64,000 nt of DNA from positions 241 to 64,240 of the forward strand of contig JAZRTX010000040.1 of the NCBI GenBank assembly GCA_045652205.1, given 5' to 3'. This document shows, one piece after another, positions 37,888-48,066 of the stretch. A program made the translations under genes and the position numbers. A model generated the notes under the pieces. It made no database searches, was not told the origin of the DNA, and saw only the letters and a program-made list of their open reading frames with translations. This DNA comes from Clostridia bacterium. GTDB taxonomy: Bacteria; Bacillota; Clostridia; Christensenellales; QALW01. Position 1 is the stretch's first letter; every line of letters starts with the position of its first letter.

Positions 37888-40113
37888 GTGAAAAAGCTGA
37901 TAAAACCCATAGGCTGCTTGCTTATGGGTATTTTTTGCGCAAGGTGCGATTTTTTACAGGGAATATATCCCTTAGGCATAGCGGTGCTTACAATTTCATA
38001 TTTATCAAAGGACTTTTTTTACATATTTTCAGGGGCATTATTAGGTGCATTAACAATAAGCTTTACGCCAAATGAAATGCTAATAAACTCGTTAAGCTAT
38101 TTTTTGCTTTTACCCATTTTGATCTATTTAAGAAAAAAGAAAACCGAAAGGCTTGCATTTTCAATGATACTGGGATTTTTAGTATTTTTAATACCTGCTT
38201 CCGCGTTAAGAATAGATACCTATGCCCGTGTAGTGCTTGTTTTCAGCGGACTTTTTGCTATGTTTTTAACGCCCATTCTTAAAAGAATATATTTATCTGT
38301 TAAAGAAATCAACAGTCGCCTTTCATTAGAACAGGCTGACGTTGTTGCCATTTGCTTTATTGGCGCAATTATTATTTCGTCCCTGCCAAAAACAAATATT
38401 TTAGGCTTTGATTTAAGGCTTTTTATGATGCTTTTTTCGTCTTCCCTTGCGATACTTTCCTTTAATGCCAAAGGGGGAATATGGACCTGCGTTTTAGGCA
38501 TAATGTGGGTGATTAAAGGGGGAGACGTAACAAATGCATTAAGTATTATTACAGGCGGTATCCTTGCAGGAATGCTTCAAAAAAGAAAAGGCGGAATAAT
38601 GCTTGGCTTCGTTTTAGGCAACGCCTTAATAAGCCTTTTTATGTTAAACACACTTTCTTTAAGCCTTGGAATAGTAAATCTGATTTCAGGCTGTGCATAT
38701 ACGATATTTTTAAATGAAGATTTTGTGCATCGCGTTAGACGCCTTGCAGGGCAGGAATCAGGCGTAAACGATCTTGAAATGCACTATATTGAAAGTTTGC
38801 GTCAAACACAAAAAAACAAGATTGAGCGCGCAGGCAGAATGTATCTTCAGCTTTCAAAAGCCTTTGTTTCCATTGAGCACGGCGAAAGCTTTAAGCAAAA
38901 AATAGTAAAGGATACTTTAACTGTTTGCGATACTTGTTCAAAAAAAGAATACTGCCACCAAAACAGAAAAAGCGATACTATCTTAGAACTCAACCATTCG
39001 GCAGAAAAAGTTATTGAAAAGGGTAAAATTTCAAGTATGCCTCTTTCTTTAACCGCAAGATGCGTTCAGCCTATGGAATTAGTTAAAGCCGTGCAGGAAT
39101 CCTATAATTTACATAAACACTATTTTGAAGAAAATCCTAAGCCCGAAACGGAGCTTGCCCTTCAATTAAAAAGTATTGCGGATATGTTGTTTTCTCTTTC
39201 TGATGATATTTCAAAATTGCCCCAGTTTGATAAGGATATTGAAAATCAGGCGCGGGATATTCTTTCTGCAAGAGTTGGCACTGTTAAAGAAATATCCTGC
39301 CGTAAAAGCGGTGAAAGCCATATAATCAGCGTTTCTTTAAAGGAAAACGGAAAGGATATGGGGCAAAAAATAGCTGACGCTTTTTATGATGGGTTTTTAG
39401 GCTCGTATCGTTATTTAACAGGGGGAACAGATAAAAACGGAGGCTTTCACGGTGAGTTTGCCCCTAATCCAAAGTATAAGGTGGAAGCCTGCGCGTTAAG
39501 GCAAAATAAAAATGGGCAAAAGGTTTGCGGTGATTCCTTTACTTATATCGCAGGTGATACCAATAAATATATCGCGGCGCTTTCAGATGGGGCAGGTAGC
39601 GGATACAGGGCAAAAAAGGAAAGTGAAGGCGCATTAGATTTATTGGAAGCCTTTTGGGAAGCCGATATTAAAAGGGAAGAAATGTTCTTGATAATGAATA
39701 GGCTACTGTTGTTAAAAGGCGAAAAAGAAGATTATTCCACCGTTGACGTAACTGAATTAGACCTTGAAAACGGCGTGCTTTACTGGACTAAAATCGGCGC
39801 AGTTCCCGGTTATATTATAAGGGAAAACACCGTTGAAAAAATTGAATCAGGGGCGCTTCCTATGGGGATAGTTACAAAAATAAACCCTGTTACAACAAAA
39901 AAGCTTGTTAAACAGGGTGATATAATCGTGCTTGTAACAGACGGTATTTATGACGGCTTAAATAACGGCAACGAAGATAAGCTTAAAGAAATGCTTTTGC
40001 CTTTAAAAAAAGAAACGCCTCAGAATATCGCAAACAATATTTTAGCTTGTGCCAAAGAAACAAATATTAACGATGATATGACCGTGCTTGTGTTAAAGGT
40101 AAGCGTGGCGTAA
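37888..40113 (+). CDS. spoIIE: Stage II sporulation protein E (membrane PP2C phosphatase)
   Basis: Multi-TM N-terminus, CxxCxxxxxC, VCGDSF, LSDGAGSG, STVD, VTDG, DDMTV. Confidence 0.85.
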   Translation: MKKLIKPIGCLLMGIFCARCDFLQGIYPLGIAVLTISYLSKDFFYIFSGALLGALTISFTPNEMLINSLSYFLLLPILIYLRKKKTERLAFSMILGFLVFLIPASALRIDTYARVVLVFSGLFAMFLTPILKRIYLSVKEINSRLSLEQADVVAICFIGAIIISSLPKTNILGFDLRLFMMLFSSSLAILSFNAKGGIWTCVLGIMWVIKGGDVTNALSIITGGILAGMLQKRKGGIMLGFVLGNALISLFMLNTLSLSLGIVNLISGCAYTIFLNEDFVHRVRRLAGQESGVNDLEMHYIESLRQTQKNKIERAGRMYLQLSKAFVSIEHGESFKQKIVKDTLTVCDTCSKKEYCHQNRKSDTILELNHSAEKVIEKGKISSMPLSLTARCVQPMELVKAVQESYNLHKHYFEENPKPETELALQLKSIADMLFSLSDDISKLPQFDKDIENQARDILSARVGTVKEISCRKSGESHIISVSLKENGKDMGQKIADAFYDGFLGSYRYLTGGTDKNGGFHGEFAPNPKYKVEACALRQNKNGQKVCGDSFTYIAGDTNKYIAALSDGAGSGYRAKKESEGALDLLEAFWEADIKREEMFLIMNRLLLLKGEKEDYSTVDVTELDLENGVLYWTKIGAVPGYIIRENTVEKIESGALPMGIVTKINPVTTKKLVKQGDIIVLVTDGIYDGLNNGNEDKLKEMLLPLKKETPQNIANNILACAKETNINDDMTVLVLKVSVA

Positions 40114-40136
40114 AAAAGCACCCAAACGGGTGCTTT
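40112..40136. repeat. 25-bp direct repeat/terminator, copy 1
   Basis: AAAAAAGCACCCAAACGGGTGCTTT, identical to 40925-40949. Confidence 0.85.
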
Positions 40137-40142
40137 ATATTC

Positions 40143-40613
40143 TTATGTAAGGTTAAAGATTATTTTCTTTTTCTTTATTGCATAATCTAAAGCAATTTTT
40201 GTTCCGCTTTTTCGTTTAACAGGGGAAAGTTGTTCGTTATAATAAAAAATGCAAAAATCACTTTTATCAATCATCTCATAATTACGCTGAACGTACACGT
40301 TTCTTCGGGCATTAGTTAATTTTTTTGAAAAATACGTTTCATCGCAAAATTTTAAAAGGTATTTTTTGTACTGTTCATTTATATTAGGGTACTCTGCCCG
40401 TACGTAAACACGTTTTATGTGCGGGTATTTTTCTTTTGCTTGGATAAGTAAATTAACACAAAGTTCGTTAAATTCACTTTTACTGCCTAAAAGAAACGTA
40501 GTTACGTTTTTATTTATTATTAAATTTTCAATTAAATCCCATAACCTGCTTTTTAAATCTTCCGTTTCGGTTATTTTTCTATGCCCTATAAAACAACAAA
40601 CCAGATTTTCCAT
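40143..40613 (-). CDS. DUF1273/YspA-like SLOG-superfamily protein
   Basis: CCFIGHR, QRNYEMIDKSDFCIFY, SGTKIALDYA. Confidence 0.75.
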   Translation of the reverse strand: MENLVCCFIGHRKITETEDLKSRLWDLIENLIINKNVTTFLLGSKSEFNELCVNLLIQAKEKYPHIKRVYVRAEYPNINEQYKKYLLKFCDETYFSKKLTNARRNVYVQRNYEMIDKSDFCIFYYNEQLSPVKRKSGTKIALDYAIKKKKIIFNLT

Positions 40614-40676
40614 ACAAAACTCCATTATATACTGTTTGCATTATATAATGTATTAGTCTATATGTAAAGCGAAAAA

Positions 40677-40708
40677 ATAATATACTATCTAATTAAATAG
40701 TATATTAT
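40677..40708. promoter_or_regulatory. Perfect 12-bp inverted repeat, probable operator
   Basis: ATAATATACTAT-N8-ATAGTATATTAT between the divergent SLOG and HTH genes. Confidence 0.55.
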
Positions 40709-40721
40709 GGAGAAGTATGAT

Positions 40722-40925
40722 ATGTTAAAATTAAGGGTACTTGATATTTTAGAGAAACAAGGTAAAACAAAGTATTGGCTTTACAAACAATTAGGTATGA
40801 GTTATCAAAACTTTACTAAAATGGTAAATAATCAAACAAAATCCATTCGCTATGAAAACATTGAAACAATGTGTTTGTTGCTTGAATGTACGCCTAACGA
40901 TCTTTTTGAAATTACAGAAGATTAA
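40722..40925 (+). CDS. Small Cro/C1-type HTH regulator (YozG/HTH_26-like)
   Basis: KTKYWLYKQLGMSYQNF...TKSIRYENIETMCLLLECTPNDLFE. Confidence 0.85.
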   Translation: MLKLRVLDILEKQGKTKYWLYKQLGMSYQNFTKMVNNQTKSIRYENIETMCLLLECTPNDLFEITED

Positions 40926-40949
40926 AAAAAGCACCCAAACGGGTGCTTT
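40925..40949. repeat. 25-bp direct repeat/terminator, copy 2
   Basis: Identical to 40112-40136. Confidence 0.85.
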
Positions 40950-40957
40950 TTTATTTA

Positions 40958-41863
40958 TTAAAGACTATCAATATATCTGCAAGCGTTTACCGCGCAGGTT
41001 GCGCCATCGCTTGTTGCGGTGGTTATCTGCCTTAAATTTTTGCTTCTGCAATCGCCTGCTACAAAAACGCCATCTGTTTTTGTTAAACAGGATTCGTCAG
41101 CATCAACGTAACCCCAGGCATTAAGGTCGCAAAGATCCTTAAAAGGCGTGTTATCAGGTTCTAATCCAATAGCAACAAATAAGCCTTCACAATTTATATC
41201 AATCTTTTCGTTGCCCTTATTGATAATAATGCCGTTAAATTCGTCTCCGTCCTTAACTTTATCAACGGTTGCGCCTAAAATAACTTCAATGTTATCCCTT
41301 CCGGCAATAATTTCCTGCAAACGTTTTTCGCCTGTTAAAAATTCAAGGTTCTGAACAATAATAACCTTTTTGCTTGTTTCGGATAATAAAATTGCTTCCT
41401 GTAATGCAGAGTTTCCGCCGCCGATTAAAGCAACAGTCTTGTCCTTGTAAAAAGCGCCATCGCAAACTGCGCAGAAAGAAATGCCTTCACCTAAAAACTT
41501 TTCTTCGTTTTCAACGTTTAAATGGCGGTGCTTTGCACCAACTGCAATAATTAAAGCTTTACAGGAATATTCGTTGCCGTCTTCGGTAATTACGGTTTTA
41601 ATGCCGTTTTCATTTTTAACTGAAACAACGTTTTCAACCTCAACGTCAGCGCCCTGTGAAAGCGCCTGTTCAACCATTTTATCGGCAAGCTCAGCGCCTG
41701 TAATTGATTCAAAACCGGGATAGTTTTCTACCTTTGGTGAAAACGCAATCTGTCCGCCAAATGCCGCTTTATCTAAAAGTAAAACGGATTTATTTGCTCT
41801 GCGAGCGTAAACCGCAGCTGTTAGACCTGCGGGACCTGCGCCTACAATTATAATATCGTACAT
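40958..41863 (-). CDS. trxB: Thioredoxin reductase
   Basis: GAGPAG, CAVCDG, GGGNSA, GVFVAGD; true start MYDIII with GAGGT RBS. Confidence 0.92.
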   Translation of the reverse strand: MYDIIIVGAGPAGLTAAVYARRANKSVLLLDKAAFGGQIAFSPKVENYPGFESITGAELADKMVEQALSQGADVEVENVVSVKNENGIKTVITEDGNEYSCKALIIAVGAKHRHLNVENEEKFLGEGISFCAVCDGAFYKDKTVALIGGGNSALQEAILLSETSKKVIIVQNLEFLTGEKRLQEIIAGRDNIEVILGATVDKVKDGDEFNGIIINKGNEKIDINCEGLFVAIGLEPDNTPFKDLCDLNAWGYVDADESCLTKTDGVFVAGDCRSKNLRQITTATSDGATCAVNACRYIDSL

Positions 41864-41875
41864 ATATACCTCGTT

Positions 41876-42027
41876 AGAGCCCAATAAACGCCACAACCAT
41901 AAAATTTTGATAAACAAAATTTTATTTCCTGTGTTACAGGTCATATTCAAACTCGGTTACTTACCGTTTTGTAAGCGCCCTCGTTTTCAATGCCCTGTGC
42001 CTTGGCTTGTAACGTTTCTTGAACTCT
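41876..42027. repeat. Structured dispersed repeat, copy B
   Basis: Core CTCGGTTACTTAC-N6-GTAAGCGCCCTCG inside nested stems. Confidence 0.7.
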
Positions 42028-42084
42028 TTAAATATAGTATTATTTTATATTTTAGGGCGAACTTTTATGTCCGCCCTGAATAAA

Positions 42085-44451
42085 TTATTTATTGATAAAC
42101 TGCTTAATTTCTGCAACCATTGTGTATTTTGCAATTTCGCCGTTCTTAACGTCAACTAATGTAGGTGCTTGTTTGATACCAAGAGCCTGTGTAAGTTCAA
42201 CGTTTTCGTGGGCATAAACCTTAACGTAAGGAATGTCTGCCTTTGCTAAAAGAGTTTCGGCAATCTTACAGTTGGGGCAGGTTGCTGAAGCGAAAAGGTA
42301 AACGCCGTCTTCTAAAAGAGGAGCTTCTTTTTCGCAAGCACAAGCTTCTGCTTCAGGCTTGGGGCCTTCATGAGTAAGTTTGGAATTTGCAATATCGTAA
42401 GTCTTTCTTTCCTTATATTCCTGGCTCTTACCATCGTTCCAGTTCTTAACGGGACGGTAGTAACCTGTGATACGGCTGTAAACTTCTGTTTCAGTTCCGC
42501 AGATGGGGCAGGTGTACTGTTCACCTGAAATATAACCGTGATCACGGCATACTGAATAGGTAGGTGAAAGTGTGTAATAAGGAAGCCTGTAATTTTCAGC
42601 AATCTTCTTGATAATGTTTGCAGCGGCTTTCCAATCAGGAAGCTTTTCGCCTAAGAAAGCGTGGAAAACAGTACCTGATGTGTAAAGTGTCTGTAAATCG
42701 TCCTGAATATCAAGTGCTGTAAAGATATCGTCTGTAAAGCTAACGGGAAGGTGTGATGAGTTGGTGTAGTAAGGTGTTTCAGCATCGGAAGCACAGATGA
42801 TGTCGGGATAATGCTTGCGATCGTGCTTTGCAAGACGGAATGATGTGGATTCAGCAGGAGTTGCTTCAAGGTTGTAAAGGTCGCCGTACTGTTCCTGATA
42901 ATCGGAAAGTCTTTCACGCATGTGGTTAAGAACTTCCTTGGTGAATTCCTGTGTTTCAGGATGTGTCATATCCTTTTTAATCCACTTTGCATTAAGACCT
43001 GCTTCGTTCATACCAACAAGACCGATGGTTGAGAAGTGGTTGTTAAATGTTCCAAGATATCTCTTTGTATAGGGATATAAGCCTTCTTCAAGAAGCCTTG
43101 TGATAACTGTACGCTTAACTTTAAGTGAACGTGCAGAAACGTCCATCATGTGATCAAGGCGCTTATAGAAATCTTCCTTATCCTTTGCAAGATAAGCAAT
43201 TCTTGGCATATTGATAGTAACAACACCAACAGAACCTGTTGATTCACCGCTACCGAAGAAACCGCCTGACTTTTTACGTAATTCACGAAGGTCAAGACGA
43301 AGACGACAACACATTGAACGTACATCGGAAGGCTCCATATCGGAGTTGATGTAGTTGGAGAAGTAAGGTGTGCCGTATTTAGCGGTCATTTCAAATAAAA
43401 GCTTGTTGTTTTCTGTTTCTGACCAGTCAAAGTTTCTTGTAATTGAATATGTGGGGATGGGGTACTGGAAGCCACGTCCGTTAGCATCGCCTTCAACCAT
43501 GATTTCAATAAATGCACGGTTAACCATATCCATTTCTTTCTTACAATCTTTATACTTAAAGTCCATTTCCTTGCCACCAACGATAGCGTTAAGCTCAGCT
43601 AAGTCAGCAGGAACTGTCCAGTCAAGTGTAATGTTTGTAAAGGGTGACTGTGTACCCCAACGTGAAGGAGTATTTACACCGTAAATAAAGGATTGAATGC
43701 ACTGTTTAACTTCTTTATAAGTAAGGTTATCAACCTTAACAAAGGGTGCAAGGTAGGTATCAAATGATGAGAATGCCTGCGCGCCTGCCCATTCGTTCTG
43801 CATAATACCAAGGAAATTTACCATCTGGTTGCAAAGTGTTGAAAGGTGAGCAGCAGGAGCGGAAGTAATCTTTCCGGGAACACCGCCTAAGCCTTCCTGA
43901 ATTAACTGCTTTAATGACCAACCTGCGCAATAGCCTGTAAGCATTGAAAGGTCATGAATATGAATGTCAGCGTTTCTGTGGGCGTTTGCGATTTCATCGT
44001 CATAGATTTCACTAAGCCAGTAGTTAGCGGTAATAGCACCTGAGTTTGAAAGGATAAGTCCGCCTACTGAATAAGTAACGGTGGAATTTTCCTTAACGCG
44101 CCAGTCAGTAACCTTAACGTAGCTGTCAACAACATCCTTGTAGTCAAGAATGGTTGATTTCATATTTCTTAACTTTTCTCTCTGCCTACGGTAAAGGATG
44201 TAAGCCTTTGCAACGTCAGCATAGCCTGCCTGAATAAGCACGGTTTCAACTGAGTCCTGAATATCCTCAACCTGAACGATCTGATCCTTGATCTTTGGCT
44301 CAAAATCAGATGTAACTTTAAGGGCAAGGAAATCAACAATATTTTCATTGTACTGTCTTTCACAAGCTTCAAAAGCCTGTGTGATAGCGTCTGATATTTT
44401 CTTAATATCAAAATCTACTATCTTGTTATCGCGTTTTAAAACTCTGAACAT
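42085..44451 (-). CDS. nrdD: Class III ribonucleotide reductase with N-terminal ATP-cone and C-terminal glutaredoxin-like domain
   Basis: VLKRD ATP-cone, SMCCRL, EATPAES, YSRITGYYRPV and C-terminal SATCPNC...APTL. Confidence 0.93.
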   Translation of the reverse strand: MFRVLKRDNKIVDFDIKKISDAITQAFEACERQYNENIVDFLALKVTSDFEPKIKDQIVQVEDIQDSVETVLIQAGYADVAKAYILYRRQREKLRNMKSTILDYKDVVDSYVKVTDWRVKENSTVTYSVGGLILSNSGAITANYWLSEIYDDEIANAHRNADIHIHDLSMLTGYCAGWSLKQLIQEGLGGVPGKITSAPAAHLSTLCNQMVNFLGIMQNEWAGAQAFSSFDTYLAPFVKVDNLTYKEVKQCIQSFIYGVNTPSRWGTQSPFTNITLDWTVPADLAELNAIVGGKEMDFKYKDCKKEMDMVNRAFIEIMVEGDANGRGFQYPIPTYSITRNFDWSETENNKLLFEMTAKYGTPYFSNYINSDMEPSDVRSMCCRLRLDLRELRKKSGGFFGSGESTGSVGVVTINMPRIAYLAKDKEDFYKRLDHMMDVSARSLKVKRTVITRLLEEGLYPYTKRYLGTFNNHFSTIGLVGMNEAGLNAKWIKKDMTHPETQEFTKEVLNHMRERLSDYQEQYGDLYNLEATPAESTSFRLAKHDRKHYPDIICASDAETPYYTNSSHLPVSFTDDIFTALDIQDDLQTLYTSGTVFHAFLGEKLPDWKAAANIIKKIAENYRLPYYTLSPTYSVCRDHGYISGEQYTCPICGTETEVYSRITGYYRPVKNWNDGKSQEYKERKTYDIANSKLTHEGPKPEAEACACEKEAPLLEDGVYLFASATCPNCKIAETLLAKADIPYVKVYAHENVELTQALGIKQAPTLVDVKNGEIAKYTMVAEIKQFINK

Positions 44452-44463
44452 AACTTTTACCTC

Positions 44464-45144
44464 TTATCTTTCGCCCCGAAGCTCTGCTTCAGGAATATAT
44501 TTTTTTATTTCGTTTAAAAATTCAAGCATTTCTTCTTTTGTAAAAGCTTCTCCACCTTTAATAAGATTGCCCGAATCTACAAAACCTTGAATAAAGTATT
44601 TTTTTACGCCCTGTAAAAGCTCACCGATTTCGGTAAAATCCTTCATTGTGTGAATGCCTTTGACACAGGTTGTACGGAACTCGTGATCAATACCGCTGTT
44701 CCTTATTATATATATGCTGTCAGAAAAAGCAGAAATATCAATATCACTGCCTGTTGCTTTTTTATAATTACTGAATCCTGCTTTAATATCCATCGCTACG
44801 TAGTCAACAAGATCAATAATTTCCTTTAATCTGTTTGGCAGCGCACCGTTTGTATCTAACTTAACCTTAAATCCAAGATCTTTTATCTTTTTTATAAAAT
44901 CTTTAAGGTCAGGTTGAAGGAGTGGTTCACCACCGGTTATGCAAACGCCGTCTAAAATCCCAACACGCTTTTTTAAATAATCAAGAACGTATTCAGTCTG
45001 ATTATTATTTTCCATTGGTTTTTGCACCAAGGAGGCGTTATGGCAAAAGGGGCATCGTAAATTGCATCCGCCGGTAAAGATTGTGCAAGCGGTTTTTTGA
45101 GGAAAATCAAGCAAGGTCAGCTTTTGAAACCCTTGTACGTTCAT
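44464..45144 (-). CDS. nrdG: Anaerobic RNR activase
   Basis: LLDFP, GCNLRCPFCHN, ITGGEP. Confidence 0.92.
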   Translation of the reverse strand: MNVQGFQKLTLLDFPQKTACTIFTGGCNLRCPFCHNASLVQKPMENNNQTEYVLDYLKKRVGILDGVCITGGEPLLQPDLKDFIKKIKDLGFKVKLDTNGALPNRLKEIIDLVDYVAMDIKAGFSNYKKATGSDIDISAFSDSIYIIRNSGIDHEFRTTCVKGIHTMKDFTEIGELLQGVKKYFIQGFVDSGNLIKGGEAFTKEEMLEFLNEIKKYIPEAELRGER

Positions 45145-45228
45145 AAAAAGCGCCTTCTTCTCATTTTATCTTTTTTCATTATTGTGAACATAGTATAACA
45201 TATAAAAAAACGCTTGTCAATACAAAAA

Positions 45229-45276
45229 ACACAATATCTTGTGTTTTTTTACAAAATTTTTTACAAAATGTTGGGT
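45229..45276. promoter_or_regulatory. Tandem NrdR boxes
   Basis: ACACAATATCTTGTGT (45229-45244) and the weaker TTACAAAATGTTGGGT (45261-45276), 32 bp apart, next to the nrdG -35. Confidence 0.8.
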
Positions 45277-45472
45277 TTTGCGTGAATGGTTGAATATATG
45301 CACATATGTCGCATATAACCATAATTGCATAAAAATAAGGTAAAGTATATAAAAATAACAGTAAAAAATGAAAAAACAAGGAAACTGTATATTATAAATA
45401 TGCAAATTGACAAAAAAACTATAAGAATATATAATACTCATAATTACTTTTTATTGATACAGGAGAAAGACA

Positions 45473-46828
45473 ATGGAACAAAAGCGAAGCAGTTTTACAG
45501 GTAAGATAGGTTTTGTACTTGCGGCGGCAGGCAGTGCAGTTGGTTTAGGAAACATTTGGCGCTTTCCATATCTTGCGGCACAGTACGGTGGCGGAATATT
45601 CTTACTTGTTTACGTTTTACTTGCAGTAACCTTTGGCTTTGCCTTAATGTGCGCTGAAATTGCCTTAGGCAGAAAAACAGGTAAAAGTGCAATCGGTGCA
45701 TTTAAAGATTTAAACAGTAAATATTCCTTTATCGGTGTTATTGCATCAATTATTCCTGCAATTATTTTGCCATATTATTCTGTAATCGGCGGATGGGTAA
45801 CAAAATATTTAACTGTGTTTGTAACAGGTGGAATGAATCAGGCGGCTCAGGATGGTTACTTTGAATCCTTTGTTGCACAGGCTGGTTCACCGCTTTTATA
45901 CTTTTTTATATTTATCGGCATAACAGCACTTGTTGTTTTACTTGGTGTTGAAAAGGGTATTGAAAAGGTTTCAAAAATAATGATGCCTGTTTTGATTGTT
46001 TTAACACTTTTTATTGCCATTTATTCAATGTTTATTCCCGGCGCTATGGATGGCGTACTTTATTATATAACCCCCGATATTTCAAAATTCTCCGCTAAAA
46101 CCGTGCTTGCGGCTATGGGTCAGCTTTTTTACTCAATGTCATTGGCTATGGGAATTATGATTACCTACGGCTCATATATGAAAAAGGACGTTAACCTTGA
46201 ATCTTCCGTTTCGCAGATTGAAATCTTTGATACAGGCATCGCTTTCTTAGCAGGTCTTATGATTATTCCGTCGGTATTTGCTTTTTCAGGGGGCAATCAG
46301 GAAGCCTTAGGTCAGGGTCCCGGTTTAATGTTTGTAACGCTTCCTAAGGTGTTTGATTTTATGCCCGGCGGCGCAATAATCGGCGCGTTGTTCTTTTTGC
46401 TTGTGCTTTTTGCGGCGCTTACGTCTTCAATTTCTTTAATGGAAACGGTAGTATCCATCGTTAAAGATAAAACGGGATTAAACAGAAAACTTATTTGCGG
46501 TATCGTATTTTTATTTTCAGTAGTTTTAGGTATTCCGTCTTCCTTAGGTAACGGAGTTTGGGCAAACGTAAAATTACTTAATATGGATATATTATCCTTC
46601 TTTGATTTCATTTCAAATAATATAATGATGCCCATAGTGGCACTTTTAACCTGCTTCTTTATCGGTTTTGTTATAAAGCCACAGGCAATTATTGATGAGG
46701 TTGAATCAAGCGGAAAATTTAAACGCAAAAAACTGTTTACAGTGGTTATAAAGTATATCGCGCCTATCTGCATTATTCTTATTCTTTTAACTTCACTTTT
46801 ACAAGCCTTTGGCAAATTTTCATTCTGA
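45473..46828 (+). CDS. Sodium-dependent transporter (NSS/SNF family)
   Basis: GSAVGLGNIWRFPY, GIEKVSK, GPGLMFVTLP. Confidence 0.95.
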   Translation: MEQKRSSFTGKIGFVLAAAGSAVGLGNIWRFPYLAAQYGGGIFLLVYVLLAVTFGFALMCAEIALGRKTGKSAIGAFKDLNSKYSFIGVIASIIPAIILPYYSVIGGWVTKYLTVFVTGGMNQAAQDGYFESFVAQAGSPLLYFFIFIGITALVVLLGVEKGIEKVSKIMMPVLIVLTLFIAIYSMFIPGAMDGVLYYITPDISKFSAKTVLAAMGQLFYSMSLAMGIMITYGSYMKKDVNLESSVSQIEIFDTGIAFLAGLMIIPSVFAFSGGNQEALGQGPGLMFVTLPKVFDFMPGGAIIGALFFLLVLFAALTSSISLMETVVSIVKDKTGLNRKLICGIVFLFSVVLGIPSSLGNGVWANVKLLNMDILSFFDFISNNIMMPIVALLTCFFIGFVIKPQAIIDEVESSGKFKRKKLFTVVIKYIAPICIILILLTSLLQAFGKFSF

Positions 46829-46873
46829 TAACTATAAAAAAAGAGCCTTCAAAAAGAAGGCTCTTTAATTTTT

Positions 46874-47887
46874 TTATAATCCCATAGGCTCATCAGGGTC
46901 AAGATAATCAAGATTATCTAAACACTTGCCTGCACCTATTGCCACGCAGGAAACCGCGTCTTCTGCAACGTAACAGTTTACCCCAAAGGTTGAAGAAATC
47001 AATTTATCAAGACCAAGCATTAAACTTCCGCCACCTGTTAAAATTATACCGCTTTCAATAATATCTGCCGCAAGTTCAGGCGGTGCATCGTCAAGCACCT
47101 TATGAATTTCAGCTAAAATCATATCAAAGGAATCCTGTAAGGCTTCACGGATTTCTTCGCTTGTAACTTCAATGCTCTTTGGTAAGCCTGTTAAAAGGTT
47201 TCTGCCCATAACTTCACTAACCAACGGTTCGCTTCGGGGCCAGGCTGAACCGATATTCATTTTAAGCATTTCTGCGGTGCGCTCACCAATAAGCAAATTA
47301 TGTTTTTTACGCATATACTTAACTATATCATCATCCATTTTGTTGCCTGCAACTTTAATGGAGGTGCTTAAAACTGTGCTTCCTAAGGAAATCAAAGCAA
47401 TATCCGTTGTGCCACCGCCAATATCAACGATTAAAGTGCCGTGTGGCTTATCAATATCAATGTTTGCACCGATTGCCGCGGCACGCGGTTCTTCCATTAT
47501 GTATGAGCATTTTGCGCCAAGCCTCTGTGCTGCGCCTAAAACGGAACGCTGTTCAACGTCAGTTACACCTGATGGAACGCACATTATAATTCTTGGTCTG
47601 AATATGCTTTTACGGGGAAGTGCCTTTTTCATAAAAAGCTCAAGCATATCCTGTGTAACGTCACAATCAGAAATAACACCGTCTTTAAGGGGGCGAACAA
47701 CTGAAATGGTTTCAGGGGCTCTGCCAAGCATACGCTGTGCTTCAAAGCCAACACCCTGAACTTTGCCTGTTTCTATGTCAACTGCAACGATGCTGGGCTC
47801 ACGCAAAACGATGCCCCTGCCCTTAACGTAAATTAATACGGTTGCAGTGCCTAAATCTATGGCAATATCCTGTCTTTTAAATAGCAT
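46874..47887 (-). CDS. mreB: Rod shape-determining protein, MreB/Mbl family
   Basis: IAIDLGT, RPLKDGVI, VDIGGGTTD, LTGGGS. Confidence 0.9.
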   Translation of the reverse strand: MLFKRQDIAIDLGTATVLIYVKGRGIVLREPSIVAVDIETGKVQGVGFEAQRMLGRAPETISVVRPLKDGVISDCDVTQDMLELFMKKALPRKSIFRPRIIMCVPSGVTDVEQRSVLGAAQRLGAKCSYIMEEPRAAAIGANIDIDKPHGTLIVDIGGGTTDIALISLGSTVLSTSIKVAGNKMDDDIVKYMRKKHNLLIGERTAEMLKMNIGSAWPRSEPLVSEVMGRNLLTGLPKSIEVTSEEIREALQDSFDMILAEIHKVLDDAPPELAADIIESGIILTGGGSLMLGLDKLISSTFGVNCYVAEDAVSCVAIGAGKCLDNLDYLDPDEPMGL

Positions 47888-48066
47888 AATAACCTCAAAA
47901 AAATAAAAATTGCGTAGTTCTTTACTATATTGTATCACAAAATAAATATAAGTTCAAGTTAAATATATTTGATTTTATGATGTGTTACAATACCTTAATA
48001 CTAAATATCTTGACGAAATTTTGCTTTTAAGTATAATATTATCATATAAAAATATTGGAGTAGCGT

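Noticed and set aside
41864..41950. N-terminal extension of TrxB in the ORF track (similarly 52132-52194 for PheS and 29625-29741)
   Set aside because: The extensions run through a repeat element, a T-box terminator or a promoter region; the downstream ATGs have proper RBSs.
301..44451. Three glycyl-radical enzyme/activase pairs (PFL, diol dehydratase, NrdD) as one functional cluster
   Set aside because: They are far apart, separately regulated and common in anaerobes, so co-location is probably incidental.
47172..47759. 195-aa ORF antisense to mreB (likewise 46312-46815, 55938-56492, 56661-57131 and other shadow ORFs)
   Set aside because: These lie opposite well-supported genes, have no RBS or motifs, and are explained by codon bias.
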